From contig JAIRKQ010000006.1 in the NCBI GenBank assembly GCA_031260055.1, positions 7,713-71,712 of the forward strand: a DNA stretch of 64,000 bases, in the 5' to 3' direction. The position numbers and the translations under genes are program-made. The stretch is from Puniceicoccales bacterium (GTDB lineage Bacteria > Verrucomicrobiota > Verrucomicrobiia > Opitutales > JAIRKQ01). Below the pieces are notes generated by a model. That model was not told the origin of the DNA and searched no databases. It was given only the letters and a program-made list of their open reading frames with translations. This document shows, piece after piece, positions 58,129-64,000 of the stretch. How positions within the stretch are numbered: position 1 is the first letter of the stretch; each line of letters starts with the position of its first letter.

Positions 58129-60504
58129 CTAAAACGATGTCCCGAAGAAATAGTTAAACCGTATGCCATGTTTATTATCCCCTTCCCCATGAATGGGAAA
58201 TCCAAAATCAAGCCTAAGAGGGGCCCCCATGATAAATATTTTCAACCCAAATCCAATGTCCGTATTATAATTTTTTACAGAGAAGTTCCATTCCCTTTGG
58301 TTAACGAAGCCAACTTCCGCAAATAAATAGAATCTAACAGAGTCTATAATCTTGAAACAATATTCGAGAGATCCATAGGTAAACGTGTTACCACCAATCC
58401 CCGTACCATTTTCCCTAGGACCAACGTCATGACACTTAAATCCCTTCATAAAGTTTTGACCACCCAAATAAAATCGATCAAAAAATGGCGTTGTGTCCCC
58501 GCCATAAGGTGCTATCGTGCCTGCTTGTCCAATTACAGAGAATACCTGTTGGGCGGTATCGAAAACCAACCAATGTTTCATCCCATAGGTATAAACTTTT
58601 ATATATTTTACCTGCCCAAAAAATGGGCCTCCGGCAAATTCCGTGGTAATACCAATCCTTGAGCCCACGGTAGGGTATACAAAATTGTCACGGGTGTCAC
58701 GCTCCAAAGAAAACGTTGCTTTAGAAATAGTGGTATGTCCTTCCCTATCAAAAAAAGCTTTCGGGGCTCCCCTGGAAATGTTGTAAATTTTAACAGATTC
58801 CAAATTATAGGACAACTTCCCCGTCCAGAGGTCAAAAATACGTTTTCGTAAATACACTTCGCCTCCTACACGACCTTGGCTATAATCCGCACCCGAATAA
58901 TCTTGCAATTTTCGATCATAAGAAGTTTTGTGGCAAAATAAATCTATCCCTATGGCAAGTTCGCGATCATACCACCACGGCTCTTCAAAATTAATATCCG
59001 CTGCCAGTGTGTGTTTCCCAATTTGCAAGCGTGAACGAAACTTTTGACCACCACCTTGAAATTGTTTATTTTGACTATTGATGTCAAAATTTCTCTGGCT
59101 AAATTCCACAAAACCAACTACTTCTCCCCCCGTACTAATTCCACCTCCCAGGCCAACTTTACCGGTATTGTCTTCCTTTACATCTATGCGAATATTTTTC
59201 CTCTCAGGCACTTCAGTATTAATCGGAGAAATATCAACGGAAGAAAAGTACCCCGTATTCATCAACCTCGATCTGCTACTTTTCATCCTTAGGACATCAA
59301 ATGGATCGCCGGGGGCCAATGCTAATTCGCGCAAAATTACCTTATTTTTAGTTTTAGAATTTCCATGAATTTCGATTTCATTCACAAAGCATTTTGCAGA
59401 TTCACTAATTGCAAACTCAACATCTATTCTATTGGACACCAAATCCGCTTTTTTGTCCACATGAATATTCGTATTAATATACCCTGACTGGCCATAAAAA
59501 TCGATAACTCTATTGCAGGCAGCATCTATCTCGGCAGGAGAAAACACATTGGCGGTTCGTATGGCAAGAATATCTTCTATTTCTTTGGTTTCGTATAGGT
59601 TATTCCCACTTATCGTTACACTCCCAACATGGTACAGCTGTCCTGTATGGACAGGGATGGTTATTATTAAACTGTTTTTTCTGTTTTTGTAGGTAATGCT
59701 ACCCTCATCGATCTCAATATCTAGATAGCCACGGTTGCGAAAAATTGATTTAATCGTTTCAAGGTCATTACTAAAGTCGCTGGGATGATATAATCCCGTC
59801 TTCTTAAAAATGGAAAGCAGCGTCCACCTTTTGGTATGCATTGCTTTTAAAAGTTCAGACTCTTTCACCACGTCATTACCAATGAATTTAATTCTTCCGA
59901 TGCGGAACTTTTGACCTTCAACGATATTGAACACAACTTTGACCTGAGTGGCATCGTTTGTATTGATAATATCATAGGATACGTCAGCGTAGGGGTAACC
60001 ATAATCATTGTAAAGCTTTATCAGTGCTTCCACATCCGATTTCAAGACTCCTTTCGATAGCCCTGCTCTGGGTTTGGTTGATATTTTTTTTAGCAAAACC
60101 TTCGACTTAAACTTTTTGCTCCCCAGAAACTCTATCGACGCTACTTGCATCTTGGGAACCAACGAAAAGACCACCCTATAGTCGTTAGTCCCTTTAATTT
60201 CATCAACTTTGATGGATACATGTTCGAAATTTCCACTTGCATATAGCGATTTCAAAGAAGCATCTGCCAGGAAAGGAGAAAATTCCTTTCCTTCTTTCAA
60301 AAGCACGTGTGATTCAATGATGTCCTGGCTGATATTTAACTCAGGGCCACAGCATCTATACTCTATGCTCCTAACAATATTGGGTCCATTCAATATATTT
60401 TCGGGGAAAGCTCTTTGGCATGGACCCAATGCTACCAAATAAAGTGGTATGAACAACAATGCTTTTTTTACCATGGGAACACTTTTATTCACAAATATTT
60501 TCAT
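58129..60504 (-). CDS. bamA: Outer membrane protein assembly factor BamA
   Basis: POTRA repeats (GN..TKNKVILRE), NFDI...GGGQK, RFYLGG...KGF, PLRLDFG.P, C-terminal FGTSF. Confidence 0.95.
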   Translation of the reverse strand: MKIFVNKSVPMVKKALLFIPLYLVALGPCQRAFPENILNGPNIVRSIEYRCCGPELNISQDIIESHVLLKEGKEFSPFLADASLKSLYASGNFEHVSIKVDEIKGTNDYRVVFSLVPKMQVASIEFLGSKKFKSKVLLKKISTKPRAGLSKGVLKSDVEALIKLYNDYGYPYADVSYDIINTNDATQVKVVFNIVEGQKFRIGRIKFIGNDVVKESELLKAMHTKRWTLLSIFKKTGLYHPSDFSNDLETIKSIFRNRGYLDIEIDEGSITYKNRKNSLIITIPVHTGQLYHVGSVTISGNNLYETKEIEDILAIRTANVFSPAEIDAACNRVIDFYGQSGYINTNIHVDKKADLVSNRIDVEFAISESAKCFVNEIEIHGNSKTKNKVILRELALAPGDPFDVLRMKSSRSRLMNTGYFSSVDISPINTEVPERKNIRIDVKEDNTGKVGLGGGISTGGEVVGFVEFSQRNFDINSQNKQFQGGGQKFRSRLQIGKHTLAADINFEEPWWYDRELAIGIDLFCHKTSYDRKLQDYSGADYSQGRVGGEVYLRKRIFDLWTGKLSYNLESVKIYNISRGAPKAFFDREGHTTISKATFSLERDTRDNFVYPTVGSRIGITTEFAGGPFFGQVKYIKVYTYGMKHWLVFDTAQQVFSVIGQAGTIAPYGGDTTPFFDRFYLGGQNFMKGFKCHDVGPRENGTGIGGNTFTYGSLEYCFKIIDSVRFYLFAEVGFVNQREWNFSVKNYNTDIGFGLKIFIMGAPLRLDFGFPIHGEGDNKHGIRFNYFFGTSF

Positions 60505-61912
60505 CTACGTAGCTTTCAAATCTGGTTAAGTTTCGCATGAACATCAACGGCACAACACCAATAGGACCATTTCTGTGTTTTGCAATCACTAAGTCACGGA
60601 TAACGGTATCTCCCTCAAAATTATCACCATCTTCCTTATCGGAAGGATTAATCTGTTTGGTCAATATTATCACCATATCCGCATCCTGTTCAATTGCTCC
60701 CGATTCTCGCAGATCTGACAGCTTGGGTTGGCGCTTCTCCCTTTCTGAATCTCGATTTAGCTGGCTTAGAACTATTACGGGAATTTTTAATTCCTTTGCC
60801 ATGGCCTTTATGCCACGCGAAATTTCGGAAATCTGTTGTTCCCGCGGTATCCTACTATCGCCATTAATAAGCTGCAAATAATCGATCACAATTAAATCAA
60901 TATGCTCTTTGCTGTGCATCCTACGTGCCTTGGCCCGCATTTCTAAAATGGTCAAATTGGTTGACTCATCTATCCATAGGGGAGCTGCTTGCAGTTCTTT
61001 CGCCACGCCCAACAAAGACTCGGTTGTGCTCTTGGGAATAAATCCATCATGCAATTTGGTCATATTTATTCCCGCTCGACCACATAATATGCGCAAAGCT
61101 AGTTGTTCGGAACTCATTTCCAGGCTAAAAAACAAAACTCCTTTGGGGGTATGTCCCTTTTTTGGCACAACAATGTTTTCAGCGATATTCATTGCCAGGC
61201 TAGTCTTTCCCATCGAAGGTCGAGCAGCTATCACGATCATTTCGCTGGGCCTAAATCCAAACGTCATCCTGTCCAAATCCGTAAACCCAGATGGTAAACC
61301 CGTCAGTTCCCCCCGGTGATGTAGCAATAGCTGGATCGTGTTGACTGCTGAATCAATGGATTTTTTTATCGGAACGGCACAGTCGGAAATGCGGTCCGAA
61401 CTTATGGCAAATATTTCATTTTCCGCTTTTTCTATGAAGTCATCGAGCTCATCCGCTTCACCATACGCACGCTCAATGTTTACCATTGATGCCGTGATTA
61501 CACGTCTGGTAAGTTCCAGGTCCCGTACGCGTTTTACATAATACACGATATGGGCTGGAGTATCTATTCGGTCGCAGATTCTGTTGATAAAATCTATGCC
61601 ACCGATGGAGTCCAACTTTCCCGTAGATTTCAAGCGGTCTGCTAGGAAAATTTCATTGACGGGGGTTCCTTCTTCATAGATATCAACTATGGCTTCCCAC
61701 AATATCTTGTGGGCGGGCAGATAGAATGAATCAACGGAAATTCTATTTTGAATACCAAAAGTTATGCTATCCTGTCCTCCTTCTATTATGCAACAAGCTA
61801 GCAGTGCTTGCTCAAAGTCAACGCTATGCGGTTGTACACGACCGGTAAAATTCTCGCACATAACGGAATCGTCGGGCTTCTTAGCTTTTCTATGGGAACT
61901 TGTAGCCATCAA
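60485..61912 (-). CDS. dnaB: Replicative DNA helicase
   Basis: PHSVDFEQALL, AARPSMGKTS, FSLEMS, IDYLQL, LSQLNR, LSDLRESGAIEQDAD, AKHRNGP. Confidence 0.97.
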   Translation of the reverse strand: MMATSSHRKAKKPDDSVMCENFTGRVQPHSVDFEQALLACCIIEGGQDSITFGIQNRISVDSFYLPAHKILWEAIVDIYEEGTPVNEIFLADRLKSTGKLDSIGGIDFINRICDRIDTPAHIVYYVKRVRDLELTRRVITASMVNIERAYGEADELDDFIEKAENEIFAISSDRISDCAVPIKKSIDSAVNTIQLLLHHRGELTGLPSGFTDLDRMTFGFRPSEMIVIAARPSMGKTSLAMNIAENIVVPKKGHTPKGVLFFSLEMSSEQLALRILCGRAGINMTKLHDGFIPKSTTESLLGVAKELQAAPLWIDESTNLTILEMRAKARRMHSKEHIDLIVIDYLQLINGDSRIPREQQISEISRGIKAMAKELKIPVIVLSQLNRDSEREKRQPKLSDLRESGAIEQDADMVIILTKQINPSDKEDGDNFEGDTVIRDLVIAKHRNGPIGVVPLMFMRNLTRFESYVDENICE

Positions 61913-61960
61913 TCATTTCCGAATACGGGGGCTCTACGCTCGAAAACATATGTCAATCCA

Positions 61961-62425
61961 TTAGTTTATAGGATTTTCAGATACAATATCAAAGTACAAA
62001 TCGAACGAAATCGTGTCATGTAATTTAATCAATGCCTTGCGACGACCAACTCCTTTTATTGGAGAATCGAGGTGTATTTTTTTTCTATCTATCTGCAACC
62101 CCTTTTGCTCTAGAGCGCTAGCAATTTCTTTGGCGGTCACAGCCCCAAACATTTTACCATTTTCACTGGTTTTAACCACAATGGCCAACGATACACTGGA
62201 AAGTTTTTCCAATAATGCTTGAGCTTGCTCAAGATCCTGTTTTTCACGCATTGCTCGAGCTTTTTGCAAGGCTTCTATTTGCTTCTTATTAGTCCACGTC
62301 ATTGGCACCGCAATTTCCTTTGGAAAAAGGAAATTACGGGCATAGCCAGCCCTAACCCTAATTTGATCTCCCTCCGCTCCAAGGGATTTAACGTGCTTTA
62401 ACAATAGTATTTCGGTCGTTGCCAT
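61961..62425 (-). CDS. rplI: 50S ribosomal protein L9
   Basis: V..LG.EGD...VRAGYARNFLFP, GKMFGAVT. Confidence 0.97.
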   Translation of the reverse strand: MATTEILLLKHVKSLGAEGDQIRVRAGYARNFLFPKEIAVPMTWTNKKQIEALQKARAMREKQDLEQAQALLEKLSSVSLAIVVKTSENGKMFGAVTAKEIASALEQKGLQIDRKKIHLDSPIKGVGRRKALIKLHDTISFDLYFDIVSENPIN

Positions 62426-62438
62426 AAAATTTTACTCC

Positions 62439-62924
62439 TCAAAAGGGGATGTCTTCATCCAACTGTACATCGTAGACCGGCTTACTTTTTACTCCTTTAT
62501 TTTGGGATAGGTCTTCCACCAATCGCTCGACTGGCTCTTGGTGAGATTCAGCAACATTTTGCGATGGCACAACTCCACCTTCTTCGGCATCGGCACGTGA
62601 CCCGACGAACTGAAAATTCTCTAGCACCACGCCGAGCTTACTACGTTTTTCACCGGATTGACTTTCCCACTGGTCCAATCTTAGTCGACCTTCGAGCAGA
62701 ATAGGACGTCCTTTAATAAAATATTTTCCAATGACTTCAGCTTGTTTACCAAATGCATCGATATCGACGAATGCTGTCTCTTCCTTCATTGTCCCATCTG
62801 CCAGTTTTGTTTGACGGCTGACAGCCACTGCGAACTTACAAATGGACACACCCTGCTGTGTTACCCTTAGTTCGGGATCGCGGGTAAGATTACCCATTAG
62901 AATTACTTTGTTAAAAGAGGCCAT
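62439..62924 (-). CDS. ssb: Single-stranded DNA-binding protein
   Basis: NKVILMGNLTRDPELR, EGRLR..QW, acidic C-terminal DEDIPF. Confidence 0.98.
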   Translation of the reverse strand: MASFNKVILMGNLTRDPELRVTQQGVSICKFAVAVSRQTKLADGTMKEETAFVDIDAFGKQAEVIGKYFIKGRPILLEGRLRLDQWESQSGEKRSKLGVVLENFQFVGSRADAEEGGVVPSQNVAESHQEPVERLVEDLSQNKGVKSKPVYDVQLDEDIPF

Positions 62925-62927
62925 AAT

Positions 62928-63224
62928 TTATCCTGTGGACTCTACTAAAATCCTATTGATGGTTTTGTCCAGCCTAAGTCTTGATTTTATTCCTTCGACG
63001 ATGGTAGGAACTCCTTCGAACAAAAATTGTACATATATCCCACTTGGGAAATTTTTGTTAACCACCCGTTCGAAATTCTTTTGTCCCAAATTTTCAACCG
63101 CTGCAATTTTCCCTCCGAAATCAGTTATAATCCCTGATAACCGTCCCACCACCGTGTCAACGGTATCCGTACATCCACGCATATCCAATATGAAACTTGC
63201 AGTATATTTTCTTATATCGCTCAT
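62928..63224 (-). CDS. rpsF: 30S ribosomal protein S6
   Basis: KY...FIL, position between pth and ssb, S6 length and fold pattern. Confidence 0.88.
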   Translation of the reverse strand: MSDIRKYTASFILDMRGCTDTVDTVVGRLSGIITDFGGKIAAVENLGQKNFERVVNKNFPSGIYVQFLFEGVPTIVEGIKSRLRLDKTINRILVESTG

Positions 63225-63802
63225 ATAAATTTTTTTCGATTTGCTAGATTCATGGCATGTTCGAGCCCTTTGTCAAGCAGTAGCTGCAAATACTCCAATA
63301 TTTTTGGCATTGCATCTTTTAAAATTTGCAATTCGTCGGCAGAGAATTTGCTCAAAACATGGTCTTTGAGGTCCATTTGCGGATGAAGTTTTTCTCCAAC
63401 TCCCACCCTATATCGTATAAACCCTCCTCCGATTTTTGACAAAATATCACCGACCCCATTATGTCCACCCGTTCCTTCTCTACCATGGATTCTAAAATCT
63501 CCGACTGGAAACGCTATGTCGTCGTAGGCAACTATGACATTTGTAGCATGGATTTTGTAGTAGCTACATAATTTTAGAACGGCGGTCCCGCTGTCATTCA
63601 TGTACGTCGTTGGTTTTGCCAAAATTACCGATCCGCCTTCCATGGGACATTTAGCCGTATGAGCCCTATGTTTTTTACTCAAGGTCCAGCGCAACCCCTT
63701 TTCTTTTGCAAACGCATCAACAACTAGAAATCCCACATTATGCCGAGCTAAATCATACTCAGCTCCGGGGTTTCCCAGCCCAATTATTAGGCTGTTAGCC
63801 AT
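63221..63802 (-). CDS. pth: Peptidyl-tRNA hydrolase
   Basis: GLGNPG..Y...RHNVGF, KPTTYMN.SG, YDD, GGHNG. Confidence 0.97.
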   Translation of the reverse strand: MANSLIIGLGNPGAEYDLARHNVGFLVVDAFAKEKGLRWTLSKKHRAHTAKCPMEGGSVILAKPTTYMNDSGTAVLKLCSYYKIHATNVIVAYDDIAFPVGDFRIHGREGTGGHNGVGDILSKIGGGFIRYRVGVGEKLHPQMDLKDHVLSKFSADELQILKDAMPKILEYLQLLLDKGLEHAMNLANRKKFI

Positions 63803-63811
63803 AATTTTTCC

Positions 63812-64000
63812 CTATTCCGTTTTTGGGGCAACCTCTTCGGTAGCCGGTGTTTCCGCTGTAGCAGCTTCCTTAGTCTCCTCTTCGGCAACAATAGCATTGC
63901 ATGAAACAACAGGTGAAGCTTGGTCTCCTATCAATTCAACACCACTTGGAACAACGAGATCGCTTAAATGTACAATGGTTCCAATTTCCAAAGTGCTTAT
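63812..64000 (-). CDS. rplY: 50S ribosomal protein L25/Ctc (C-terminal part; 5' end outside the window)
   Basis: Manual translation ISTLEIGTIVHLSDLVVPSGVELIGD...PVVS...EE...E-stop, upstream of pth. Confidence 0.9.
   Translation of the reverse strand: MSTLEIGTIVHLSDLVVPSGVELIGDQASPVVSCNAIVAEEETKEAATAETPATEEVAPKTE

Noticed and set aside
62425-62439. rpsR (S18) missing between ssb and rplI
   Set aside because: Likely encoded elsewhere; loss cannot be judged from one window

Overview
AT-rich, gene-dense bacterial chromosome segment. Its gene content points to Verrucomicrobiota (Opitutia/Puniceicoccales-like): a MurC-MurB fusion, alpha2-type GlyRS, Propionibacterium-type PPi-PFK and the rplY-pth-rpsF-ssb-rplI-dnaB-bamA order. 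It is probably a host-associated or intracellular symbiont (inference; no database search was run). Most genes are housekeeping, plus rnpB, tRNA-Leu(CAG) and tRNA-Ser(CGA). Three things stand out. (1) Type III secretion system parts are scattered over three separate housekeeping loci with no mobile-element context: a CesT/YscB-like chaperone coupled to sctC, an sctF needle gene with a CdsG/YscG-like chaperone, and an orphan CesT-like chaperone. (2) Four paralogous autotransporter-barrel genes lie next to tRNA-Ser: one without a passenger, one without a passenger and frameshifted, one with a long repeat passenger, and one with a 16-bp tandem repeat directly behind overlapping ATG/GTG starts that could act as a three-state translational switch. 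(3) Several enzymes carry export or anchor N-termini: a CMK-like protein with a signal peptide and degenerate P-loop, and two different methyltransferase domains sharing a duplicated upstream-plus-anchor cassette. No CRISPR array, integrase or transposase was seen. All family assignments come from motif recognition by eye.
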